A DNA stretch of 64,000 bases from the human T2T-CHM13v2.0 reference genome, Homo sapiens, in the NCBI RefSeq assembly GCF_009914755.1, contig NC_060926.1; one strand, written 5' to 3'. Positions 30,001 through 43,684 of the stretch are shown here, piece by piece. The notes under the pieces were generated by a model. That model ran no database searches, was not told the origin of the DNA, and saw nothing but the letters and a program-made list of their open reading frames with translations. Numbering within the stretch: position 1 is the stretch's first letter; each line of letters begins with the position of its first letter. Position numbers and translations under genes: made by a program.

Positions 30001-31059
30001 ACAAGTTTGTTTGTTTTTAACCTGCTGTTTCCACTTAACAATATGTTTTAAACATATTTCTTGCTAATAAATATACATTTATAGTATCAAAAAGCAGAAA
30101 AAATACTTTCAGACACAGAGAAAAACAAGGGAGAAAGAAATGTTTTCTAAGTTTATTAGGCATGAAAGTACAAAAAACATTTCTTTTATGAGTGAATAAA
30201 TATGTTATTTAAAATTCAACCTATATTATATTCTCTCTGTATTTTTGATGATCTCTTTTTAATTTAATTTCTGTTCTGCTATCACTGTTGCAATGTCAAG
30301 GTGAATGTTGAAAACTGATCAGAATGTTAACATGTCTTTGGTTATGCTACTAAAAGTATAGCCTAGTTCTTTGTAATATAAAATAAAAAGCTTTAAAACC
30401 TAAGAATGGACTCCAGAGAGAAAATGCGTAGTGTGGAAGTGAATTTGAATCATAGAATCCCTGAATTTAAAGATAAAATGTAAAAGAAAGTTCAAGACTC
30501 TGGGTTGTTTGAGTCCTTTGTATCTTGGTAATAATCAAGACATGGAGGCTTATTGCTAATAAAAAGGTTGCATTTAGTGTTCTGTTCTAGAATTTGTACA
30601 CAAGCTGTCTTTCATTTGCAGTAATGTTAATCAAGTAAATTAGTATGTAATATGCACCCAACAAAAAAGATACCTTGCCTTATGCCATTATCTGTTTAAT
30701 CTTCTCAGTTTCCCTTCAAAGGAACTATTATTAACCTAATTTTACAAATGAGAAGACTAATGCTCTGAGAAGTTAAGTAATCCAACATCACACAGCTAAT
30801 AGGTGATGGAGCTGGGTTTTTAACCAAGGACTGACTGATTGAAGAGCTGAAGCTTTCTCAGCTACTCATACACAAATAATTATCATGCAAACCAAGTGTG
30901 TCATATATTTGACACAAACACTTCTCATTTGGGTGGGAGATAAGGCAGAATAGACATAAATATAGTGCCTGGTATGTGACAAAAAATAACCTCATATGAT
31001 ATGATAATGAGTATAATGAGAGATCAGTAAGAACTGAAATAAATTGGTGAGACAGAACT

Positions 31060-33010
31060 AGTAAGCTGATCAACAAGTCAACTTTCCTTTCCTTCTGGAC
31101 AGCCGGAGTTCATTTTTCAGCATACTTTCTAGTTATTCTGGTCATTACTATATATCATTTCCAGGCCTGGCCCATAAGAATCACCTATATAATCTTTAAA
31201 ATCTTATAATACAAGCTGATAGATGTGCTTCTATCAGCCTGTATCCTTGAATGATTGAGTACGGTAACAACTACCTACCCTCAATTAGATTTTATGAGTT
31301 CAAGAAATAAACTTCCACTATATTGAACTAATGCTATTTCTAAGTTTACCTATCACGATCAGCTAGTATTCTTCTGACTAACACATAAATTAGTACCAGA
31401 AGTGGGGGGCTACAAAACAAAAACCTAACATAGGTAGCACTGCTTAGAAAATGGGCAGCAGGCTGCAAGCAAATTAATCTTATGAGTTGGAAAGATGTAG
31501 AATAATAATACCATGCACAGGCAAAATAATTGGAAAAATTGTCTGCAATAAAATTTAGGTGCCCACTGAGCATTTAGAATTAGGAGAAAAAGTTGAAAAA
31601 CACAATCATAATACTGTACATTATTTGTTAATAGCTAAATTTAGGAAGGTATTTGTAAAGAGAGAGAGGAAGTCTGTTAAGAATTGGTCAGTTTACAAGC
31701 AGTAATGAAAGAGAATAGTGAAAGTCCAAAAAATTGGAGGTTAAAGTGTTAAAAAAGTCATACTGGTTCTAGTCTTCACATATCAGGGATTACAATTTAA
31801 AAACAGAATGAGCAACTTGGTCCACTAAATTAGTTTAAACATGTGTTTACCCCACTCATTTATGTTGACCTCAAGGAACCTTCCATTGGGTTGAAAGCTA
31901 AGGGCAGAAGGGTAAGGATAAAAACATATAAATAAGGCTTGAGGATTATGTCTAAGAAGAAAACTTCAAGAGTGGATACTAACAAACACAACTGTCTGGA
32001 AACAACAGCATAAAAGCCTATTACATTTTTGATAAGTTGTATCGTCAAAGAAATTAGAAGCTCACACTTCTGAAACAACTACAACAACAAAACTTTGACA
32101 CTTTAGGTTTTAAACAACCATCAAGCTCCCAAACCTGCACCAGCAAGAAGAAGGCTGCAAAAACAGGACAGACATATGCAGCATCACCAGCTTCAAACGG
32201 GATCATAGAGAATAATTTACAAGGAAGAACTTCCTGCAGGTGGAAGCAGGGCCATACAGAAATATGCACAAAAGAGTTCCTCCCAGAAAGTAGAATCAGG
32301 GCCTCATTAAGGAACTTCCCCTCACCCAGGATCAGGAATTTCGCAAGGTCCACAGTAAAGTTTTCTTGACTGCTATGCACCAGTATCTCCTTAGTATATC
32401 CCATTATAACCCTTTCTAAAAAGATAGTTTTCAATTGCTACTTTATATGCCATTGTTCATTGAGTATTCATGTCAGATAACTTGTCTTTTAGTTTATAGT
32501 TAATGAAGAGGCACATTAGATTCTGGTAGATAATAATGTGCACATCTTGATTTTGAGCCAGATGCAGTATCTTGTTGGGAACTGGTTTGTTTCTGACCAT
32601 AGAGGGCTTGAGTGAAATGAAAAAGGACAGCAGAAACTGAGGAATTGTTCACTGAAAGCATTTCTCTTTCCTCCTGGGTACATAGCTAGTCTGTCACCCC
32701 CAAATTCTCTTGCAGTTGATGTGGCCATGTCTATGAATTCTGGCCAATAAAATGTCCGTGTAAATGACACATGTCACACCTAAATGATCCTTCTTGCTCT
32801 TGCATGCCTTTTTCATCAGTATATTGAGTTCCAGAATGAGTTTGAAAATTATATGTTGAAGATGAAAGTGCCTACATGACTGTGTGGAGCAAACCCCTTT
32901 GTCCTTTCTCCTCATATTAATGGAAAAAGAATGAGTTTTAAAAAATCCCCTTGTGTTACACCCTTGATATATTATAGTTTATGTGTTGCAAGATAGCTAC
33001 ACTAATGAAT
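31060..33010 (+). mobile_element. Old MLT1-type MaLR element with two degraded LTRs and internal sequence
   Basis: LTR end GAAATAAACTTCC...GACTAACACA (~31385) is followed by PBS-like TAGTACCAGAAGTGGGG. A second LTR-like segment spans ~32575-33010. Boundaries approximate. Confidence 0.55.
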
Positions 33011-36000
33011 ACTTTAGAAAAGAGTTTTTGAAAAAAGAAGGTGGAGAAATGAGCCATGAAATTTACTTGCAATGACGAAACATATCTGCTTTAGCGGGAA
33101 ACATATGAACAAAAGTCTGAGACTCCATTGAGCTTTGAAAGGTTATATGGAAGTTGAGGCAAGTTAACCACCTCAACTTTATAATTACTGCTACTATAAT
33201 AATAATAGTGTTTATCTACAAACCTAATGTATACTGAACAATAATCTTCCAGATACTGAACTAAGTACTTTGTACATATTATCTCATTTAAATTTGAAAG
33301 TACTTCTAAGAACTAGATATTATCTTTATTTACATAAGTGAGGAAATAGAGACATGAAGATATAAGAAACTTGCCTAGATTTCACATTTCATAAGAGGTA
33401 GACCTAGAATTTTAACTCAGGTTGATCTGTCCCCAGAACCTACATTTTTAATTCATTCTATTGCCTAGAAAGCAAAACACTTTAAAACTTCTCTGTAAAT
33501 ACTCATTTGATATAAATAAAAATTTGCATGGAATGGTTGAGGTTTTGAGGTTGAGTATTCCAAAATGATCTAAATCATGCTTCTGTTAAACGTATTTTCA
33601 GTTGATCACCAAAACCAGGATCCATCTTATTGTAGCTCTATCACATGTTTATTGTTTAGATAACCCGAAAAATATATAGCTCACCTGTGTTTGTATCAAT
33701 TTGTACTAATCACTCCACTTAAGTGACTATAGACATAACACATTAATGACCCAATGGTTAATTTTCATTAATTTCTCATTAAAAGTCAAGCACAAAACTG
33801 TACTTTCATATATTTTAGTTATTTTATTTCCTTCTTTTGACTAATCTGAAATTGTGCCTAATTCAGTTACTCTGTTACAATCTAGAAAATTGTGATGTTC
33901 TTGCCTTCAAAAGCTAAAGCCCAACAAAGAGGATCTATGGTCCAGTACCAGTATCAGCTGTTGGAAGTTATCTTCTAGCTCTAATGCAATCATTTCTTCT
34001 AGATTTCAAAGATTCCTATTCACTTCCCAGAAATAAAAATTTTTAAGGCCAAAAAGACATTAATTAGTTACATTAAAATACCTGATTCAATGTACTATTA
34101 AGAGATTTCCAATTTGCTGCAACCACTTGAGATTTTCTGTAACATCTAATGGATAGCCCTGTTAGAACATCTTTGGTAAACTTGACTGTGGGATGTAAAC
34201 CTGGGGGTGCTGTTGGCTTAGTACTGGATTTATTCAAGGATAATTACATAAAAGACTTAAAAATCACAGGATAGTGGCTCTCTTGAGAGCTGACCAAGCA
34301 GGCTGAAGGAGATAAATACAAGCAAAGTAAAATACATTGTCATCTTTCTTATATAAAATAACATTAATTCGATATAACATATTTCTAGTACCTAAAGCCT
34401 AATAGAGATGTTAAAAATATATCATGCTGGGAATCTGACTTATCTTACCCTCTGCAGTCATGTTTTGTAATGCCCTTGTTATAAATATTTATAATTAATG
34501 TCTTAATCGAACAGTGCCTGATAATAATCAGAACTGCTTTTCTAAGAATGAAGTACTCAAGTCAAGTACTATATAGGTTTAGCTGCTGAGTATAATTTTA
34601 AAAAACTGAATATGATATATACAAATAAAAAATCTCAACTAAAACATTGAATAATACAAAAATAGAAGCCATTATTACTAAATTTTTAAAAATTAAAGAC
34701 AATAACGGTTTTTGTATTCGGATACTCACATAAAATTATTAAGAATTCACATCTCTTGGGAGATAAAAATAATCTATAAAGGAACAGAATTGTAAGTAAT
34801 TTCAGAAAGGATTGCAAAACTTGGACATAAAGATGTGGACTATAAGATCTTTAATGTTCACATAATCTAGATTTTTTAAAAATTGTGAAGTGTGAAACTA
34901 TTTTCATTTTATAATTAAATGAATATTAAGGAGATTAATTTTTTTCTACCATTAAAAAAACATATCCACTTTTTCTAATAATTGCTAAAAATCCTTTCTG
35001 TTAACAGATAAAGGCAATTAGGCACGTTTGAGTCTACATGCAATATAACTGGTACATTATACGGTATTAAGCTCATAAACATGCTGTCAACTTTCTGATT
35101 TAAGGGGTCAAAAATTCTTCACATAGCAAGTATATAAAATATTTTTTGAGCATTTTACTTTAAGGACTTCAACAGGGAGATGTGCAAGTCTGTTATATTT
35201 TTCCTTGTGAATGTGAAAGTGTTCTATGGTGCTCACTGGGTCTCTGCGTAGCCAGCAGGCAATAAAACAGAAGCAACAATAGCTTGCATGATTCACTTAC
35301 CAACTAAATAACATAGCCTATGCCCCCCTAGCATCACCAGGTCAACAGCCAGTACTAACCGACTACATCACAGGTATTGAAATATTCTTGGCGACTTGAT
35401 GTTATAACATTTAGAGAAGTGGATTTAAAATATCAATCCTGTAATGAAATATGATCCACTGTTAAATAGACACCAAAGGTTACTGAATATAAAATATGCA
35501 TGCAGCTAACCTCCATAATAATATGACAAACAACAAAAAAAGAAATTGCTAAAGGAAAACACTATAGGTTTATCTTCCATACGGTACAAAGACTAAGGCA
35601 GACTTTCGGAGCAGATAAGATTTTTTTAAGAAAAAAAAGCTTGGCAAACTTAATTTCTAGAAAGTAATTATCAAGCTGCATGGTAGCATAAAGTCCTATT
35701 GATCCAAATTTCTCTTTCTGTATGAACTTCACAGACTTGCATGACTTGGCATCAGTAAAAGCTAATGATGATTCGTGCTATTAGCTTCCATAGCTCCAGT
35801 CCCTAGGAACTCAGCTTTGACCTTTTATTAGCAGTTTTCTCCCGAGGCAAGTAGGATTATTCTCTAGGCTCACTTCCTAATCACCCTAGAACACCTGGAG
35901 AATTTGTTAAAAGCCAGACTGAGTGAGGGTCTGGGACGCTAAAAGAAAGTGAAGATTCAGTCTAAGGGAAGAACGCTCTTGCCTGTGTAATCTGGACAAC

Positions 36001-36425
36001 AATCCTGGGATACCATAGAAAATAAAATTACTGTTAGAATTCAACTTATGTAAAGTTAAAATAGTCATAATTGCAAAAATTCATGTTAAATATTATAGTT
36101 TGGTTTCAACTTTTAGCATCATTTCTCCCTGCTCTTCCCCACAAAACCCCATGTAACATTTATACATTCATTTTTCCTTGACCAAACATTTATTGAGCTC
36201 TTATCACTATGCTAGACACTTAAATAGCATTCTGTTATGGTAATACAGGAGTCATTAATTTTTTAAAATTAATTTTATAGTGTCCTATGCTTTAAGTGGC
36301 TTCAGAACCTAGTATTGACTAATGAAGCCATAGAGAATGCTTTACAAATAACTTGAAAACTCTGCTCCTTTTCTCCTTCCTTACTCCTTCTTGCCTCTCA
36401 CTTCTTCCTTACTCCCCCTTCCCCG

Positions 36426-36452
36426 ACACACACACACACACACACACACACA
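36426..36452. repeat. (CA)n microsatellite; other simple repeats near 24956-24976, 25051-25076, 37318-37352, 43643-43681 and 51517-51561
   Basis: Directly visible dinucleotide runs. Confidence 0.95.
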
Positions 36453-39400
36453 AGCATATGCCTTCCTTCTACTTTTCCATGTCATGCTGCACCAATGTCA
36501 TATGTAGCTGCTGTTAAGTAATCACAGCTTAAAGAAAAAAAAATTCATTATTAATAGACGTTGGATTTTCTTACTCAAGCAAATGACCAAATTTTAAATT
36601 ATAAAAATTGAAAATGGAATCTAATGAGGTAAAGAGGTATCTTTTCCGCAATTTTGGTAATGACTTGATTTCTATAACATTATAAACAAACACTCAAATG
36701 AAGGATTGCATATCTTTAAACATGCTTTTGTTTTAAACATAACAGTAATAAAGACTGTCAATAATTTAAGACTTTATGAAACTATGTCAATTCAAGTTTT
36801 TTATACAGCCTTCTGCATAAATCATGACTCTACCTCCATTTTAAAATATTGAACGTAAAGAAACGTAACTCTTTTCTAATGTAAATATCCCACTTGAATT
36901 ATCCTTTCCCCATTCTGCGTGGATCAAATGGTTGTCACCCTAATCGCCCTACCACAATTCTTTTTAAAGGAAACCAAAGATCTTCTCACCCATTCTCACC
37001 ATCTCTTGTCAATACTTACAGTCAAGAGTTGATTTTCAGATCAAATTTCGCCCCCGCTCCAAAATAAACACTATCCTTACTTTTTCTTAATTATAAATGA
37101 TCTTCTAGGCTTGTTGCCCTACTATACTCTTTCCTTCAAAATATTTTACATTATCTTAGTTTCAATGATTTCCTCTTTATTGATAACTCTCAAATCTCAG
37201 TAGCAAAGAGTATGTTGTGGTGGTAAGAGTACAGGGCTAGGAATTTGAACACTTGCCTGTTTGGAGTCCTGTTTCCTACAAAATTTTGATGAATGATTTT
37301 CTTCTTTTACTTATATTTGTGTGTGTGTGTGTGTGTGTGTGAGATGTGTGTGTACACACAGGTCCTGGTATAAAGAATATTTTTAAAAATGCTAGTTATG
37401 ATTAACTTAGTAGAATCTAATCTATTCTGTTAGTTTTCATTCTTGTCTTCTCGTTTTGATTTTGCTTCAATCTTTCAATGCAAAGAAAACCTAATGTAGC
37501 AATCTTATAATATGAGCACAAATATTTATTTTATAGATGTTTTATAGTTTTTAAATATGATAATTGAGGTGTTCTGTATTTGAAATTATCTAACAAGTTA
37601 TATTATTTAGGGAAATAGGCTTTATTTCAGGTGTAATTTACATCCAATAATAAAACATAAAAGTCTGCCCTTCATTTAAATTAAGATGCCAACCATTAAA
37701 CTTGCATATTTTAATAATATTGGAAGTGGCATAGTGAAGGAACTAAAGGAAAAACATTCTAAGCTGGGCAACATCAACAAATAAAGTGTAACTGATAGTC
37801 AATTTATCCTAAAATTGGTAAAGGAACTCTTTGAAACTTAATATGTTCATCTTTAGAAATAGATATTACATATCCATAATGAACAGTGCCATTGTAAGAA
37901 TTAAACTAATTCACATTTGAGAGAGGGTAGTATTTATCATTAAATTCCAATTCTTCACCTTTTAAGAAGGGCTTTTCTGCAAGAGTCCATTGTGGCTTGT
38001 AGTTTCAATTATAAGTTAATCCTCATCTCTAAGAAAGGCAGCTATAGGTTTTATTTTGTTTTTAATCTCTACTTTACATATAAGGAATACTGGGAAAGTT
38101 TAAGTGACCGACCTATGATTACTCACCCAGACATAACCAGAGCTGGAACTAGACCAATTTCTCTCACTTCCTATTTAATTTTCTGCCTGCTAGATGTAAC
38201 TTTTGTCATAATGGATCCCAATGAAGTATTCAGTTCCTATTCCTAATAAATATAGATTTTCCACATCAATTAATATGAAGTTATTTTACATACTTTCAGG
38301 ATTAGGTCAATCATTATTGACCATTATTGCTGGTACTGACCAAGCCAATTTCTGTCACTATTAACAAGTGGAATGAATTCTCTCATTGCACAAGGAGAAA
38401 AACAGACATATCCGTAGGCCAAAAAAAGTTATTAAATTTTCTTATTAAACAGTCATATAATTAAGTAACACTGGACTTTCTGTCCAATATATCCCATGAA
38501 ATTCATAATAATGCATGAAAACCTACTTAACATGCAATCTTTTCAGATACTTTAAAAATTTTGTCTTGGTTTTTCATCTTTACTGATTTTAAATATTTCA
38601 TGGTTTTCACCATTAGTACGTTGTTAATTATGAAGTGTTTTTTCTCAGAGCTGCTTATACAGCATTAGTGATATGGTAGCAATAGTGATATGAGATATTA
38701 GTGTTATATCTGTATGCAGACTGTTGATTTTCTTTAGCTTTTTTGCTTCTGTAGGATAGTCATTTAATTGTCTTAATCTCTAAAAACACGGTACATAGGA
38801 CCCATGTATTTTCAAGGATAACTGTTGCAAAATATTGAATAACATGGAAAGATGATATAAAATACTGGAAAATAGCATAATTGGCAGGGCATGGGAGAAT
38901 GGTTAGAAAAATCATATTGATACTTGTGCAAGCACATTTCTGCAAGTTTCCACATAGCTTACAACATTCTAAAGTCAAAATTAGCTTTTAATGGAAAATC
39001 ATTCAAAACTTACCTTTTATCAGGCATATTTCTAAACTGTCATTGCATTTTAATTTTGATTTTGAGATTTAAGTTTTAAGATTTCTACATTTTGCAAATA
39101 TCAGCTCCTCCCCATGAATAAAATATATTTTTGAATAAATATATTTTTCTTTCTCTCCCAGATTTCAGCTTCACTCTTTTATTCCTTTATTATTCATTTT
39201 TCCCCTTTATTACCTCATATAGTCAATTAGGGTGCTGATTTTATGTCATTGCACAATAATAAAGAACTACATATACAATTTCTGAAAACAAAACAACAAC
39301 AAAAACCCCTCTCTAGATTAAAAATCTAGTGTGGTGTGGTCCATATTCTCTGTTTTTAGCCTTTAAAAAAATGAACTTATCTATTAGCACAGCCAGTTCT

Positions 39401-40399
39401 TTTAAGAAGAGATCATCTGGCTCCCAAACTACATTGGTCAAATTACTGAAGGGGAGGAAGGCATAAGAGAATTGGAAAAAACAGTGATGATATGCACATA
39501 ATTTCTATAGTACTAAAAGATGGCAATACACATCTATTTTGCAATCAAATTTTCCTCATAATGCTAATAAAATTTAGACAGGGTTTGTTTTGGTGATCAC
39601 AGGATATATGGAGTTTTTAAAGAGTAAGGTAAGTGAAGAAAAGGGTGATTATTATTGCAAACAAAAAGGATCCCTTAAAAATACAATTAGCAAGAAGAGC
39701 TTCAGCATCATAGCTAAGACACATTGAATTCCAGCAATTTGTCAACTATGTAGCTGATATACACACTTGATTTTTGACCCTCACAACAACGTTGTGAGGT
39801 GGGTATGACTATTTATCAGAGGGTCACTTTGGGAAGGTCCCAAGCTTATTACAACCTTCATGTACAACTTTTTTTTTTTTTTTTTTTTACTAGAACATTG
39901 TAATATAAACTTATTGGTAGAACTCTGAGCCATTCAGACATATTTGTACTAAAGAAACTAAAAATGTTCCATAAGGGAAGATCATTACAATTTAGGGGAG
40001 AGTGGTGCAGAAAAACATTTTGTGGCTTTTGTTTTCTTTTTCTTTTATTGCTAAATAACATTACTTCGCTAGTGTTTGAGTCAAACACACATTAAAAAAA
40101 ACTATTAGAACATTCAGACTTGATTATCCAAAGAAAAAGGAAAAAAAGGAAGCCAACCAATTAGGGTGGCTGCTTAAATTATCTTTCCCCATTCTCAAGG
40201 TTTTTTGTTTGTTTGTTTGTTGCGTTTGGGGTGGGGAGGTGAGGGGCGTTTATTTGGAGGGAAGACGGGGAAGGTCCACTCTGCCTACAACTCCGACATT
40301 TCTCCGTGTGCCTCTTTGCTAGCTGGGGACACTTCGTGGCTGATTACTATGAGGAGTGGTTCGAAGCCTAAGAAGTAGTACTCTTTTCAGCTGCCAAAG

Positions 40400-42200
40400 G
40401 GAGAAGGACGGGGGCGCTGTCTGGTGACTGTTCGCGTGATTCCTTCAAGGCGGCGACCACCTCCTGGGATTCGCTCTCCAGCCGCGCCGTTCGTACTCGG
40501 GTCCCGCGACCCCTCCCCGCTCCCCCCTCGCCCCAGCGATGCCAAGACGCTGAACCGCAGGGACGAGGCTCTGGGGACAAAGTCACCCCGCGGCGCCCTT
40601 TCCTGCCAAGCCGCGGGCTCCTGGCGGTCAGAAAGCGCCCCAGGCCCACCCCTGCGGGCCCGGCTTTCCCTCCTCACCTAAGGCTCCGGGGCCACGAGTC
40701 CCCCATCCTGCGCCCCTCCCGCGCCTCCCCCATCCCAAACCCCAGCAGCGTCGCTGCCTCTCCCGGAAACAAGCCCGCTGAGCAAAGGCGGAGGAAAACC
40801 TTGGGCCTTCCGCTCTGATTGGTCTCCCCCCGCCGAGCGGGGCGAGGCAGCGATTGGCTGCCGGGCGTTGTCAGTCGCCGAGGCCAGAGCCATCGCCGGG
40901 GAAGCGCAGCCGGGCTCGGGTGCTTCGGCTGCCGCCGCGGCTGCTCGGCTAGTGCAGCTGGGCGAGCTCGCGCGGGCGCCGCCGCCGCCTCTGCTGCTGC
41001 CCACCCCGCCGCGCCGCCGGCGCTGCCGGTCTTGCAGGCGGCCGCCGGGGAGGGGCGGCCGAGAGAGCGGAGCACGAGGAGGCGGGGGCGGCAGAGAAGT
41101 GATGCTGGCGCCGGGGATCGGGGCAGCGGCAGCGGAGCAGCAGCATCTTCGGGACCCTGGCTGCAGCGTCCCTGTGGCCCGCGCGCCAGCCCAGCGGCCG
41201 GAGACCACGCGCCCCGCGGGTAAGGTTCTGTCCGGCAGCGCCCGCGACGCCCCCGGGACGGCTGGCGTGGTCTTTGGGGGTTACGAGGCGCGTGGTGGCC
41301 GGGGCATCCCGACGAAGGTGTTGGGACCCGGACTGCGTGTCCCGACGCTGGGCTGTGCTACTGCCCGCGCCCGTGCGGCTCCAGCTGGTGCGTTCTCCCT
41401 TCCGCGCTCACAGACTTTGACAGCGCGGGGATGGCATTGTGTGAGTGTGGATGTGGATGCGTGTGTGCGCGCGCGCGGCTTGGGGCACTTTGCAGCGAGA
41501 ACAGTGGGTCCCCTCTGCGTGGCCCGACGTCCTTCAAGGACCCAAGCTGGGCTGGAGTGAGTAGGATGCTGTTGGCTCGGCGGGAGGTAGAACGCACGGA
41601 GCGCACGGGAAAGTCCACCGTGGCTCGTAAAGAGCCGAGCAAATTGAACTTTATTGCGGTGATTAAAAGGAGCTGTGGACCTGGCGCGCCAGGGGAGAGG
41701 CGCGTTCCACGAGGCTCCCCAAAGTCCCACTTTGCCCCGGGGACTTCGGAGGGGAAGGGAAGAGAGGGAAAAGTAACTGTTGGTCCACATTGCTGAAGAA
41801 AAGGAGGAAAGAGAAGTTGGGGGTGGGGGTGGGGGTGGAGGTTACTCTTGGGGGAGTGGCGACTTTTAGGTGTCTGAAGCCCCGCGTGGGAGGCTTGCTA
41901 CACTTTTCTGGAGCGCAGACTTGAGGATGGAGAGTCCCACTCTGAGGTACTGGTAGCGGCTCCTCCTGCCTGGTGGCGGCGTAGGGCGCAGCGGGACAGC
42001 TTGGTGGAGGCAGAGCGGGGCTCCGACGCCCGACGGCCCGGCGTCCAGGTGGGGCCACTGCCTCCCCAGGCCGCTTTGGCCCGCTGACCTCCCAGGTTGA
42101 GACCCGGCCTGGTGCGCCTCTGGCAGCTGCCAAATGCCTGGCGGCTCCGCTTTCCGACAAAGTTCAGGCCCGCTGGGGTCTGGTCCATCAGACCTAGGAC
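40400..42200. promoter_or_regulatory. B3GALT1: CpG-island, TATA-less promoter, probably of B3GALT1
   Basis: Abrupt GC/CpG-rich ~1.8 kb in AT-rich DNA. ATTGG (reverse CCAAT) at 40818-40822 and 40853-40857 flank GC-box-like GGGGCGAGG; Inr-like TCAGTC at 40871. Gene name rests on recalled synteny (next gene 3' of XIRP2 on human 2q24.3); no B3GALT1 coding sequence is in the window. Confidence 0.8.
40875..41219 (+). other. B3GALT1: Probable non-coding first exon (5' UTR) of B3GALT1; intron 1 runs to the end of the window
   Basis: GCC-rich leader just downstream of the CCAAT pair, ending at donor CGG|GTAAGG (GT at 41220-41221). The start coordinate is approximate. Confidence 0.7.
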
Positions 42201-43653
42201 ACGTTAACCACGCAGAGTAACCAGGTTAGGGTACCCAGCTGCCTCCAGAGCGTTTTTGTTTCATATTAGATTATCTTATTTGATAAAGCTGTTGAGAGTT
42301 CCACCCGTGCTGCAAAGCCTTCCGCAGAAGGCGAATTCTTTGCGCTGCTGCAAATGGATGGTGCTACTGGGCCAGATCCGAATCTCCGTAGTTCAGTGCA
42401 GTGGGTTCTCCATCCCTGCTCAGGACGCACAAACTTACTCTTGGCGATTGTTTTCTATGTGGCTCCTTGTCTCCGTGGGAGTATCTGCTTAGGAAAGTTC
42501 TTGAAATACCTCAATACTAAGGAGCTCTCCCCACTGTCTCAGATGGGGCGAGGCTCCGGTACTTGACTGGCGTTGGGGTTGCAGCAGGGAATGGAGGTGG
42601 AACATCAGCTCCCTGCCTGCCAGCTTTGGTAAAACAAAAATTGGCTCAATACAGGGAGGCGGATCTTGAACTGGGGACAGCATTTTTCTTGTTATGTAGC
42701 TCCGTAATCTCTTTCACTAGAGGGATCTTTTGTCCCAAAACAAAACAAATCACAACACAACAAAAATACCCAAAACCAAACCGCAGAAACCACTTTGATT
42801 GGGCTCATTTCTGATTTGGTAAACCAGAGAAAATGAAAGTAAGGCACGTAATAGAAATGCTATAGAAAATCAGGAGGGAGCTGTCCAAATATGTCAGGCA
42901 TTTTTCGATAGTTATTTTTCATTGTAAAGATTCTATTTTCTCCCAATTTAACAACTAAGTTATTTTAAAGCAGATGAATAACTTACGATAAACTAGTAGT
43001 GATGTTAGTTTTGGGTCCAAGGATGGTCTCATGGTTTTCATCACTTAATTGTTGTGCTGTAAATGGATTTTTTTATTATGATTTTAGTCACACATACTGC
43101 ATTTGGACTAGTAAAAAATTGGTGCTAAGTATTTTCTTCTTAGCATTCATCATGTCTGGCTTAAAAGTGTGGTTTTCTGATATGATTAAAGAAAGTATAT
43201 AGTTTGTGGTGGTTGTTCTATACAAAATTTACCTGCTTCCAGGTGATTAATATTGCAATATTTTAGTTATTGAAACCTTCAGGACTTTGTTAAGGTTACT
43301 AAAACAGGCTAAGCAGTTTATGTTAGTTTTGTGTTTCTTTTATGCAATACTATGTGCTGGTAAAACTTTTTGTTTTCCTCATAGGTTAATATGGGGGAAA
43401 TAGGATTAAAGTGTGTTATACTTATTAATTAACAATTTTAAAATAAACTTCAATTAAAACTAAGCTATCAGTAACAGCCAGTACTAAAAATGGAACTTCT
43501 AAGGAAAATTTTAACGACTTGGCTAAGAAAGTGCTTTTTCACCTTGACATCAAGTAACATTTTATATATCCACTGCATTATGTATTGGAGTAAGCCACAA
43601 GTCTTAAAATGGAATTAAGAGCCTTTGTGCTCATTTTAAGGTTGTGTGTGTAC

Positions 43654-43684
<31 letters not shown>

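Noticed and set aside
32054-32434. 126-aa minus-strand ORF
   Set aside because: Lies antisense within MLT1-type internal sequence and has no recognisable product.
40410-40435. REST/RE1-like site (minus strand CAGTCACCAGACAGCGCC)
   Set aside because: Only the right half-site matches; left half and spacing deviate from TTCAGCACCNNGGACAG.
40977-41030. GCC repeat in the 5' UTR as an expansion locus
   Set aside because: Only about four uninterrupted units; ordinary for CpG-island leaders.
40368-42188. Many overlapping 85-230 aa ORFs on both strands in the CpG island
   Set aside because: Ala/Arg/Gly/Pro-rich, mostly non-ATG starts, no recognisable domain; expected where GC-rich DNA has few stop codons.
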